From a bacterium (GTDB lineage Bacteria; Planctomycetota; B15-G4), in assembly GCA_030428785.1 (NCBI GenBank), contig JAUIEF010000005.1, positions 10,919 to 74,918 on the forward strand: 64,000 nucleotides of DNA, in the 5' to 3' direction. A program made the translations under genes and the position numbers. The notes beneath the pieces are model-generated. The model ran no database searches. It saw only the letters and a program-made list of their open reading frames with translations, and was not told the origin of the DNA. Positions 21,396-31,981 of the stretch are shown here, one piece after another. Numbering within the stretch: position 1 is the stretch's first letter; every line of letters begins with the position of its first letter.

Positions 21396-22553
21396 ATGAT
21401 GACCCGTTCGTACCCCACGCCGCGCGGCGCCCTCGGCGCGCTCGCGCTGGCCCTGCTCGGGCTGCCGGCCGCGGCGTCCGCGCAGTACGAGGCGCACTTC
21501 GCGACCGTCGGCGGTCAGTTCTCCCAGCTCCCCTCGGCGCTCCAGTCGTTCACGAGCCCGACCTCCATCGACCTCTGGACCGCGAGCGGCCAGGACGGGT
21601 GGTGTCAGGGATGGATCAGCAACTCGAACGGATCGGTCAGCACCTCCGCCGCGCGGCTCGCCGTGGACAGCACGACCCGCAAGCAGGCGGGGTGCGCGAC
21701 CGACGCGCTCTCGCTGGTCATCTCGCGGATCGAGTGCGACGACCTCGTGTTCGAGCTCGCGGGCGGCGGGGGGAGCGGCACGATCCCCGTGATGCTCCCG
21801 GCGGGCCTCACGATCGCCGCGGACCTCGGCTACCCCGGCAACCCCGACGACGGGCTCCACGAGCTGAAGGTGGGCGTCTGCGTCGCGAACTCACCCGAGG
21901 ACCTCGTCGACGAGGCGAAGTACAAGGGCACGACAACGGACCCCGGCGAATTCCACGACCTCACGCAGATGAGCGTGCAACCGCTCGGCCAGGTGCTCGA
22001 GATCACGTTCGAGCTGCAGGTCATCGCGGTGTCGACGCAGGGCGGCGACCCCCTGGGCCACGACGTCATCGACCAGGCGGCCGCGCTCCGCCTCGGCGAC
22101 CCCGCCACGGGCGAGCTCTTCGTGCTGCCGCCGGGCGTCACGGCGAACGCGCCGTCCATCGGGCTCGTCGACAACGTGCTCACCGAGCCGTGGGTCGACC
22201 TCGGCGGCGGGTCGTCGGGCGTCGCGGGTCCGCCGACGTTGACGGGCGGCGGCACACTCACGGCCGGCGGTCCGGTGTCGCTCGCGCTCACCGACGCGCC
22301 GCCCTCGGCGCCGATGCTCGCCTGGGTGTCGTTCGCGCCGACGCCCTTCGGCGCGCTGGGCGGGACCGTGCACGCGTTCCCCTACGCGTCCCAGCTGTTC
22401 CTCGGCGCGGACGGCGCCGGTGACTGGGGCGCGACGACGACGTGGCCCGCGGTCCCCGTCGGGACGCAGGTCTGGTTCCAGTTCATCGTGCAGGACGCGA
22501 GCGTCCCCGACGGACTCACGCTCTCGAACGGCCTGCGCGCGACGACGCAGTGA
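21396..22553 (+). CDS. Secreted protein of unknown function with conserved C-terminal module
   Basis: RBS aggag; signal peptide ...LGALALALLGLPAAASA|QY; C-terminal GTQVWFQFIVQDASVPDGLTLSNGL. Confidence 0.75.
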   Translation: MMTRSYPTPRGALGALALALLGLPAAASAQYEAHFATVGGQFSQLPSALQSFTSPTSIDLWTASGQDGWCQGWISNSNGSVSTSAARLAVDSTTRKQAGCATDALSLVISRIECDDLVFELAGGGGSGTIPVMLPAGLTIAADLGYPGNPDDGLHELKVGVCVANSPEDLVDEAKYKGTTTDPGEFHDLTQMSVQPLGQVLEITFELQVIAVSTQGGDPLGHDVIDQAAALRLGDPATGELFVLPPGVTANAPSIGLVDNVLTEPWVDLGGGSSGVAGPPTLTGGGTLTAGGPVSLALTDAPPSAPMLAWVSFAPTPFGALGGTVHAFPYASQLFLGADGAGDWGATTTWPAVPVGTQVWFQFIVQDASVPDGLTLSNGLRATTQ

Positions 22554-22773
22554 CCGCCGGAGCGAGCGGCCGTCGCGCCCCCGGCGGGGCGGCCGCGATG
22601 CGTCGCGACAAGCAAGGCCGTCCGCACGCGCGCAGTGCACCCGCACCCCGCGTCGCGATCGTCGAGGCCGTCCGATGCGCAGAACCCGAGATCAGGCGCT
22701 TCACCCGCGGGCGCGGAGCGCCCGTCGGTTGCTAGCGCCTCCGAGCGACGAAGCCCACCCCGTCAATTCCGAC

Positions 22774-24321
22774 TCAGAGGTAGGAACTCACAGGACCCAT
22801 GGACCTCCGCACGAGGTCAAACACCTGGAACTCCACCGGCGCTTTCCACAACCGGTTGCGCAACCGCACCCCCGCCGACTTCCGCAGCAGGTGCGAGATG
22901 GGTCCCTTGCCGCCCGCGATGCCGTCGAACCACGGCGCCATCTGCGTGAAGCGCGCCCAGACCTTCTGGACCTCTTCGGGGATGGGGCCCCACCACGAGT
23001 TGAACTTGTAGTCGAAGAAGCGGCCCCACTCCTCGAAGGAGGTCGGCACCGGGTAGTTGTTCACCTCGACGGACGGCTGCCAGAACTGGCTCCCGGGGAT
23101 GGGCCGGTACGGGAAGACCTCGACGGAGCAGGACGGGTACCGCGTCTTCATGTCCGCGGCCTCGTAGATCGTCTCGTACATCGACTCCACGGACTCGCCG
23201 GGGTACCCGATGATGTAGGTGAGGCCGGACTTGATGTCGAGCTCGTGCATCTTGCGCATCGCCTCGTCCGTCTGGCCTTCCTTGATGGCCTTGCGGATGA
23301 GCCGCTGCGTCTCCTCGGTGCTGGCCTCGGCGCCGAACCACATGAGGTGGTTGCCGGACCGCTTCATGAGCTCGAGCGTGTCCCAGTCGTACTGGCAGAT
23401 CTGCTTGATCTCGATCGTGCCGTTCCAGTTGATGTTCAGGCCCTTGTCGAGCAGGCCCTCGCAGAACTCGATCATGCGCTTCTTGGCGACGCCGAAGTTG
23501 GCGTCCTGGAAGCGCAGCACGTCGAAGGGGTCCTTGCGGTGGATCACGGCGAGGCGCTCGACGAGCTCGTCGGCGTCGAGCGCGACCCAGCGACGACCGG
23601 CGATCTCCGGCGAGCAGCAGAACGCGCACGGCTCGGGGCAGCCGAAGCTGCTGAAGTAGCTGAAGCCGCGGTGCGGGCGGTTCGCGAGGTGGTGCGGCGG
23701 CGGCAGCCGGTTGCGCACGCGGTGACCGAACTGCGCGACGCGCTTCTGGAGGTCGTAGTACTTCTGCAGCTCGATGAGGTGGAACGACGGCTCGGGCAGG
23801 TCGTTGAGGTGCGTGACGGCGCGCTTGGGCGTCCAGTGCACGGCGCCGTCCTGCTTGATCACGAGGCCGGCGATGCCGGTGAGGTCCGCGCCGCGCCCGC
23901 CGTCCTTCCAGGCGTCGAGCAGCTCGCCGAAGGTCACCTCGCCCTGGCCGTGGACGACGGCGTCGCAGATCTCGCTGCCGAGGTAGAGCTCCGGGATCGC
24001 CGACGGGAACCAGCCGCCCCACACGATGGGCAGGTCCGGGTACCGCGTGCGCACGGCCTGCGCGACCTGCGCGCCGTCCCACACCTGGTACCCGAGGATG
24101 GCCGAGCTGCCGAAGACCTGCGCGTCGGCGCACGCCTCGAGCACCTGGTCGAGGTAGTCCGGCTCGGTCATCGCGTCGACGACGACGACCTCCCAGCCCT
24201 GCCGCTCCGCCATCGGCGCGATGTGCAGGAGCTCGAGCGGGAGGAGGTCCGCCGACGGCAGGTCCCCGATCTCGGGGTCCACGCGCGACGGCAGGAACAG
24301 GACGACTTTCGGCTTCTTCAC
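22774..24321 (-). CDS. Cobalamin-binding radical SAM protein
   Basis: N-terminal B12-binding domain (PLELLHIA, IVWGGWFPS, VVHGQGE); SFGCPEPCAFC (CxxxCxxC); FQDANF, FGAE, YIIGYPGE. Confidence 0.9.
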   Translation of the reverse strand: MKKPKVVLFLPSRVDPEIGDLPSADLLPLELLHIAPMAERQGWEVVVVDAMTEPDYLDQVLEACADAQVFGSSAILGYQVWDGAQVAQAVRTRYPDLPIVWGGWFPSAIPELYLGSEICDAVVHGQGEVTFGELLDAWKDGGRGADLTGIAGLVIKQDGAVHWTPKRAVTHLNDLPEPSFHLIELQKYYDLQKRVAQFGHRVRNRLPPPHHLANRPHRGFSYFSSFGCPEPCAFCCSPEIAGRRWVALDADELVERLAVIHRKDPFDVLRFQDANFGVAKKRMIEFCEGLLDKGLNINWNGTIEIKQICQYDWDTLELMKRSGNHLMWFGAEASTEETQRLIRKAIKEGQTDEAMRKMHELDIKSGLTYIIGYPGESVESMYETIYEAADMKTRYPSCSVEVFPYRPIPGSQFWQPSVEVNNYPVPTSFEEWGRFFDYKFNSWWGPIPEEVQKVWARFTQMAPWFDGIAGGKGPISHLLRKSAGVRLRNRLWKAPVEFQVFDLVRRSMGPVSSYL

Positions 24322-24367
24322 GATGCGGGTGTGTCCGGGGTGGGCGGGCGGCTCGGGCCCGCGGTCC

Positions 24368-24631
24368 TCAGGAGAGGACGGGTTGCTTGTTGCCGGTGAG
24401 GATCGCGTCGACCTCGCCGTCCTCGGGGAAGCGGCCGGCCTGCAGCTTGGAGAAGACCAGCTCGCCGTTCTTGGCGACCTCGAAGGCCCCCCCGTCGCTG
24501 GGGATCAGCAGCAGGGACTCGATACCGCGCTTGTGCTTCTTGAGCAGCTCCTCCGCCAGACCGACGGCTCGAGGCTCGTAGTTTCAGACGGCGCAGTAGG
24601 TGAGTTCGATCTTCACGTCGCGGGGCTCCAT
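24368..24631 (-). CDS. Rdx/SelW-SelT-SelH family selenoprotein with CxxU motif (TGA at 24586-24584 read as Sec)
   Basis: Manual translation MEPRDVKIELTYCAV-U-NYEPRAVGLAEELL...GGAFEVAKNGELVFSKLQAGRFPEDGEV; homology continues across the TGA; TAGACT -10 box at 24671-24666. Confidence 0.88.
24550..24574 (-). promoter_or_regulatory. Bacterial SECIS-like hairpin downstream of the Sec codon
   Basis: mRNA CCUC-GA-GCCG-(UCGGUC)-UGGC-G-GAGG; G-containing apical loop begins 19 nt after the UGA. Folded by eye. Confidence 0.55.
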
Positions 24632-24771
24632 TCGGGATCGGGACGTCGAGGTGAGGGACCGCTTGAGTCTAGGTCGATCCCCGGAGAGGCGCCAGTCGGG
24701 CCGGGGGCGCGGCGGCGTCCTCCGCCTGCTCATCGGCACCGCGCGGTCCCCGGGTGGACCCGACCTCTCCC

Positions 24772-26808
<2,037 letters not shown>

Positions 26809-26831
26809 CTAGCGACGGGGCGGCGGCGCGG

Positions 26832-27902
26832 TCAGCCCTCGTCGGCGGCCTCCAGGAACATCGCGTCGCCGTAGGAGAAGAGGCGGTAGCCGGCGTCGAC
26901 GGCGTGCCGGTAGGCGGCGAACACGGTCTCGTGCCCGGCGAAGGCCGCGACGAGGACCAGGAGCGTGCTCTTGGGCTGGTGGAAGTTCGTGACGAGCGCG
27001 TCGACGGCGCGGAACGCGTGGCCCTCGCGGATGAAGAGGCGCGTCTCGCCGGGACCGGCGCGCAGGGACCGGCCGTCGTCGGAGACCGCCGACTCGAGGG
27101 TGCGCACGACCGTCGTCCCGACGGCGACGACCCGGCCGCCCGCGGCGCGCGTCTCCGCGAAAGCGGCGGCCGTCGCGTCCGGGACCTCGAAGCGCTCGAC
27201 GTGCATCTCGTGGTCGTCCAGGCGCGCGGCCCGCACCGGGCGGAAGGTGCCCTCGCCGACGTCGAGCCGCAGGCGCTCGACGCGCACGCCGCGCGCCGCG
27301 ACCTCCTCGAGCAGCGCGTCGGTGAAGTGGAGGCCGGCGGTGGGCGCGGCGACGGCGGTCGCCCGGTCGCCGCGCGCGAAGACCGTCTGGTAGCGCTCGC
27401 GGTCGGCGGCGTCGCGCGGGTCGGCCTCCGCGTCGCGGCGGATGTACGGCGGCAGCGGCATGCGGCCGCTCCCGAAGACGACCGCCTCGACGTCGCGGCC
27501 GCCGCGTGCCTCGACGACGAAGCGCCCGCCGCCGAGCGCGCGCGCGACCCGCCACGGCTCGCCGGCGACGTCCAGCTCCTCGCCCTCGGCGAGCGTGCCG
27601 CGCGCGCCGAGCAGCACCGTCGCGCGCGCGCCCTCCGCCTCGATCACCAGGACCGACACGCGTCCGCCGGTGGACCGCCGCGCCGTGAGCCGCGCCGGCA
27701 TGACGCGCGCCTCGTTGAGCACGAGCAGGTCGCCGGACCGGAGCAGTCCGGGGAGGTCCGTGACGGATCGGTCCGTCGGCGGCGTGTCGGCGTGACGGAC
27801 CACGTGCAGCAGCCGGCCGCCGTCGCGCCGCTCGGGCGGCTCCTGCGCGATGGCCTCCGGCGGGTGCCGGTAGTCGTAGCGGTCGATCTCGGGCGTGTCC
27901 GT
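26832..27902 (-). CDS. queA: S-adenosylmethionine:tRNA ribosyltransferase-isomerase (start codon non-canonical or uncertain)
   Basis: YDYRHPPEAIAQEP, GRMPLPPYI, YQTVFA, AAPTAGLHF, VAVGTTVVRTLE, TNFHQPKSTL, YRLFSYGDAM. The conserved N-terminus extends upstream of the track start 27803; ACG at 27902 follows SD GAGGTG. Confidence 0.93.
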   Translation of the reverse strand, partial: TDTPEIDRYDYRHPPEAIAQEPPERRDGGRLLHVVRHADTPPTDRSVTDLPGLLRSGDLLVLNEARVMPARLTARRSTGGRVSVLVIEAEGARATVLLGARGTLAEGEELDVAGEPWRVARALGGGRFVVEARGGRDVEAVVFGSGRMPLPPYIRRDAEADPRDAADRERYQTVFARGDRATAVAAPTAGLHFTDALLEEVAARGVRVERLRLDVGEGTFRPVRAARLDDHEMHVERFEVPDATAAAFAETRAAGGRVVAVGTTVVRTLESAVSDDGRSLRAGPGETRLFIREGHAFRAVDALVTNFHQPKSTLLVLVAAFAGHETVFAAYRHAVDAGYRLFSYGDAMFLEAADEG

Positions 27903-27972
27903 CGTCGCACCTCGCTGCTGGGCCCGCGCGCGGCGCCGCGTGCGGACGCCCGCGACGCGCGGGTCGCAGAGT

Positions 27973-28587
27973 CTACGCGAGGCGGGCGATCCACCGGTCG
28001 GTGAGCCGGTGGGCTCGCTCGTGCTCGCCGTCCCGCTCGAGGTGCGCGAGCCAGGCGAGCGCGACGTCCAGCCCCAGCGGGTCGAGCAACGCGGCGGCCT
28101 CGAGCGCGCCGCGGACGTCGCCGGGCTCGGGACGCAGCGCGCGGTCCACAGCGGCGGCCTCCTCGCGGGAGGTCCCCGGCCCGCGGCGCAGGCCCTCGGT
28201 CACGGCGGCGAGGCGCGCCGCGTCGCGCGACCGCTCCTCCGCCGGCCGCCCTCCCCCGCCGCGCGCGTCCGCGAGGAGGTCCCGGGCGAGGCGCGCGAGG
28301 AGCTCCGTCGCGAGGGCCGCGCGACACGCGGCGCGCCGCCCCCGTCGTCGACGCGCGAGCGTGCCCGGCCGGTCGACCGATGCGAGCCACCGTCGCAGGT
28401 GACCCAGCTCGTCGACGAAGCGCGAACACGCCGCGCACTCCCGCACGTGCCGCGCGACCGCCGTCGCGGCCACGGGCAACGGCGCGTCGGCGGCCATCCG
28501 ACAGACGTGGTGCTGGACCGCTTCGCAGAGTCCGCGGGGCGCCGGCGACGCCGCCTGCCTCCGCACGTCGATGGTGGAGCTGCTCAT
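27973..28587 (-). CDS. Hypothetical protein with anti-sigma-type zinc-binding motif (zf-HC2/ZAS-like)
   Basis: C21-x25-H47-x3-C51-x2-C54; SD aggagg upstream; helical C-terminus with no TM. Confidence 0.55.
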   Translation of the reverse strand: MSSSTIDVRRQAASPAPRGLCEAVQHHVCRMAADAPLPVAATAVARHVRECAACSRFVDELGHLRRWLASVDRPGTLARRRRGRRAACRAALATELLARLARDLLADARGGGGRPAEERSRDAARLAAVTEGLRRGPGTSREEAAAVDRALRPEPGDVRGALEAAALLDPLGLDVALAWLAHLERDGEHERAHRLTDRWIARLA

Positions 28588-28860
28588 GGACCGGGGTCCT
28601 CCTCTCGCAGGGCTGCCCGTCGAGCGGGCACGGACGTCGACGGGCGCGCGCGACGACGAGGTCCCGACCCGACGCGTCGCACGACGATCCGCGGCGCGCC
28701 GCCCCCCGGCGACGCGCGGCCCGGTGCTGCCGGACCGCGACGTGAATCACGCGCGTCGACGCGATGCGGAATTCGTACGGAGCGCGGCGCACGCCGCCGC
28801 GCACGGCGCGCGGCGCGATTGTCTGCTTACGATCCCGCCGCCCCGCGCGTCGTCCGGCAC

Positions 28861-28888
28861 TCGACACGCAACGCGTCTGCGCTACCAT
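28861..28888 (+). promoter_or_regulatory. sigma70-like promoter for pdxS
   Basis: TCGACA-16 nt-TACCAT. Confidence 0.45.
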
Positions 28889-28945
28889 GACGCCGAATTC
28901 GCACAGCCGGTGCGCCGGGGAGCGCACGGCACCCAGGAGAACGAC

Positions 28946-29836
28946 GTGACCGAAGCGCAGACCCCCCTCCGCCTCAAGACCGGCCTCGCCGAGATGCTCA
29001 AGGGCGGCGTCATCATGGACGTCACCACCGTCGAGCAGGCCACCATCGCCGAGCAGTCCGGCGCGTGCGCGGTCATGGCGCTCGAGCGCGTGCCCAGCGA
29101 CATCCGCAAGGACGGCGGGGTCGCGCGCATGGCGCGCATCGACATCATCGAGTCGATCATGGGCACCGTGTCCATCCCCGTGATGGCCAAGGCGCGCATC
29201 GGGCACTTCGCCGAGGCGCAGGTGCTCCAGCAGCTCGGCGTCGACTATATCGACGAGTCCGAGGTGCTCACGCCGGCCGACGACAAGTTCCACATCGACA
29301 AGCACGCGTTCGACGTGCCGTTCGTGTGCGGCTGCCGCAACCTCGGCGAGGCGCTGCGCCGCATCGGCGAGGGCGCCGCGATGATCCGCACGAAGGGCGA
29401 GGCCGGCTCGGGCAACATCGTCGAGGCCGTGCGCCACATGCGCCAGGTCATGAAGGACATGCGCGAGCTGCAGGTCATGGGCGAGGAGGAGCTCATGACC
29501 GCCGCCAAGGACCTCGGCGCGCCGTACGAGCTCGTGCGCATGGTCGCGCAGAGCGGCAAGCTGCCCGTCCCGAACTTCGCCGCCGGCGGCGTCGCGACGC
29601 CCGCCGACGCCGCGCTCATGATGTCGCTCGGCGCCGAGGCGGTCTTCGTCGGCTCCGGCATCTTCAAGAGCCAGGACCCGCCGACCTTCGCCGCCGCGAT
29701 CGTCAAGGCGACGACGCACTGGAACGACCCGGCCCTCGTGCTCGAGGCGTGTCGCACCGTCGCGGCCGCGCCGATGGTCGGGCTGGACGTCGCCTCCATG
29801 GAGCCCGATCAGCTGCTGCAGACGCGCGGCTGGTAG
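28946..29836 (+). CDS. pdxS: Pyridoxal 5'-phosphate synthase lyase subunit
   Basis: [55 protein letters not shown]; RBS aggaga, GTG start. Confidence 0.98.
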   Translation: MTEAQTPLRLKTGLAEMLKGGVIMDVTTVEQATIAEQSGACAVMALERVPSDIRKDGGVARMARIDIIESIMGTVSIPVMAKARIGHFAEAQVLQQLGVDYIDESEVLTPADDKFHIDKHAFDVPFVCGCRNLGEALRRIGEGAAMIRTKGEAGSGNIVEAVRHMRQVMKDMRELQVMGEEELMTAAKDLGAPYELVRMVAQSGKLPVPNFAAGGVATPADAALMMSLGAEAVFVGSGIFKSQDPPTFAAAIVKATTHWNDPALVLEACRTVAAAPMVGLDVASMEPDQLLQTRGW

Positions 29837-30408
29837 TGGTCACCGTCGGCGTCCTCGCCCTCCAGGGCGACTTCGAGGCGCACGCGCGCGCGGTCCTCGC
29901 GCTCGGGCACGAGCCGTGCGCCGTGAAGACGGCGGCGGACCTCGCCGGCACGGATGCGCTCGTCCTGCCGGGCGGCGAGTCGAGCACCATGCTCAAGCTG
30001 CTCCGCGAGGAGCGCCTGTTCGAGCCGTTGCGCGAGGCGTGCACGTCGGGGCGGCCGGTGCTCGGGACCTGCGCCGGCGCGATCCTGCTCGCGCGGTCCG
30101 TGACGAACCCGGACCAGGAGTCGCTCGGCGTGCTCGACATCGCCGTCGAGCGCAACGGCTACGGCCGGCAGCGCGACTCCTTCATCACGGAGCTGCCGCC
30201 GGGTGCGCTCGGGGGCGGCCCGCTCGAGGCCGTGTTCATCCGCGCACCGGTCATCCGCGAGACGGGGCCCGAGGTGGAGGTCGTGCTCGAGCACGACGGC
30301 CGGCCGGTGCTCGTGCGCCGCGGCGCGGTCTGGGCGGCGACCTTCCACCCGGAGATGTCCGGCGACGTGCGCGTGCTGGAGGCCGTGCTCCGGAGCGGCG
30401 ACCCGTGA
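29836..30408 (+). CDS. pdxT: PLP synthase glutaminase subunit
   Basis: GVLALQGDF, LPGGEST, GTCAG, RNGYGRQ, FIRAP, FHPE; GTG start overlaps the pdxS TAG. Confidence 0.95.
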   Translation: MVTVGVLALQGDFEAHARAVLALGHEPCAVKTAADLAGTDALVLPGGESSTMLKLLREERLFEPLREACTSGRPVLGTCAGAILLARSVTNPDQESLGVLDIAVERNGYGRQRDSFITELPPGALGGGPLEAVFIRAPVIRETGPEVEVVLEHDGRPVLVRRGAVWAATFHPEMSGDVRVLEAVLRSGDP

Positions 30409-31187
30409 GCCCCGCGAAGAAGGCCGGCCGTAAGGCCGCGACGAAGCGGGCCGCGAGGGTGTCGACCGCGAAGAGAGCCGCCCCCACCCGGAAGGCCGCC
30501 GCGAAGAAGACCGCCGGCGCGAAGCGCACGAAGCGGCGCCGCAAGCCCGGCCCCGCCGAGCGCGAGCGCATCCGGCGGGTCGTCGACACGCTCGCCGCGT
30601 ACGACCCGCACCCGAAGTGCGCGCTCGACCACGCGAACCCGTTCGAGCTGCTCGCCGCGACGATCCTCTCCGCGCAGTGCACGGACGCCCGCGTGAACAT
30701 GGTCACGCCGCAGCTCTTCACGCGCTGGCCGACGCCCGCGGACCTGGCCGCCGCCGACCAGGAGGACGTCGAGGAGGTCATCCACAGCACCGGCTTCTTC
30801 CGCAACAAGGCGAAGAACCTCATCGGGATGGCGGCCGGACTCGTCGAGCGCCACGGCGGCGAGGTCCCGCGCGACATGGACGAGCTCCTCGCGTTGCCGG
30901 GCGTCGCGCGGAAGACCGCGAACGTCGTGCGAGGCGAGTGCTTCGGGCTCGCGGACGGCATCGTCGTCGACACGCACGTCAAGCGCATCGCGGGCCGTCT
31001 CGGGCTCACGCGCGAGACCGACCCCGTCAAGGTCGAACGCGACCTCGTGGAGGTCGTCCCGCACGACCACTGGATCGCCTTCAGCCACCGGCTCATCCGG
31101 CTGGGCCGGACGGTCTGCCCCGCGCGCTCGCCGCGCTGCGAGGAGTGCCCGCTCGCCGAGGACTGCCCCAAGCGCGGGGTGGGCTGA
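30405..31187 (+). CDS. nth: Endonuclease III with Lys/Ala/Arg-rich N-terminal tail
   Basis: LLAATILSAQCTD, HhH LPGVARKTANVV, VDTHV, [4Fe-4S] motif CPARSPRCEECPLAEDC. Confidence 0.95.
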   Translation: MSPAKKAGRKAATKRAARVSTAKRAAPTRKAAAKKTAGAKRTKRRRKPGPAERERIRRVVDTLAAYDPHPKCALDHANPFELLAATILSAQCTDARVNMVTPQLFTRWPTPADLAAADQEDVEEVIHSTGFFRNKAKNLIGMAAGLVERHGGEVPRDMDELLALPGVARKTANVVRGECFGLADGIVVDTHVKRIAGRLGLTRETDPVKVERDLVEVVPHDHWIAFSHRLIRLGRTVCPARSPRCEECPLAEDCPKRGVG

Positions 31188-31306
31188 GGCCCGCGGTCGG
31201 GCGCGACCCACCGGCGTGCCGTTCGGTCGGGCGCGCCGCGCGCGCCGGTTTCCCGCCACACCCGCCCCTGCTGCGGCGCCCCGGGCATCCTTGCTATCGT
31301 GACGCG

Positions 31307-31981
31307 GTGCCACGCGACCCGGACGAAGCGCCGCTCTTCCCGCTGCCCCGCGGCGCGATCCTGCCCGGCGAACTGCTCCCGCTGCACGTCTTCGAGCCGC
31401 GCTACCGCGCCATGATGGAGGTCGTCCGCGAGGGCGCGCAGCTCATCGCCGTCGGCACGCTGCTCCCGGGGCTCGGCTGCGACGACGAGGGCCGCGCGGC
31501 GGTGGGCGGCGTCGTGGGCATCGGCCGGCTCGTCCGCGACGAGCAGAACGACGACGGCACGTCCGACATCGTCCTGCACGGCGTCACCCGCGGGCGCATC
31601 ACGGACGAGCTGCCGACCTCGCCGTTCCGCACCGTGCGCTTCGAGCGCCAGGCGCGGATCTCGGACGTGCACCCCGCGGAGGCGTTCCGGCTGCGGCGCG
31701 ACCTGCTCCAGGGCATCGCGACGCGCGCCTCCGAACCGCTCGACTTCGACGTGACGGCCGCCTTCGACGTCGGCACGCTCGCCGACCGCATCGCGAGCTC
31801 GTTGCGCCTCTCGCCCGGGGCACGCGTCGCGATGATGCAGGCCTTCGGCCTCGAGCAGCGCGTCGACACGCTGCTCCGACTGCTCGACGAGCCGCGCCAC
31901 CGCGCCCGGCTCGTCGACCTCGTCCCTTCCCTGGGCGACTTCACCCTGTCCCTCACGGACGGCAAGGACACCGCTCCATGA
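31307..31981 (+). CDS. Lon peptidase substrate-binding (LON N-terminal) domain protein
   Basis: PLFPLP...LPGELLPLHVFEPRYRAM; extended -10 TGcTATCGT (31292-31300) 6 nt before the GTG. Confidence 0.85.
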   Translation: MPRDPDEAPLFPLPRGAILPGELLPLHVFEPRYRAMMEVVREGAQLIAVGTLLPGLGCDDEGRAAVGGVVGIGRLVRDEQNDDGTSDIVLHGVTRGRITDELPTSPFRTVRFERQARISDVHPAEAFRLRRDLLQGIATRASEPLDFDVTAAFDVGTLADRIASSLRLSPGARVAMMQAFGLEQRVDTLLRLLDEPRHRARLVDLVPSLGDFTLSLTDGKDTAP

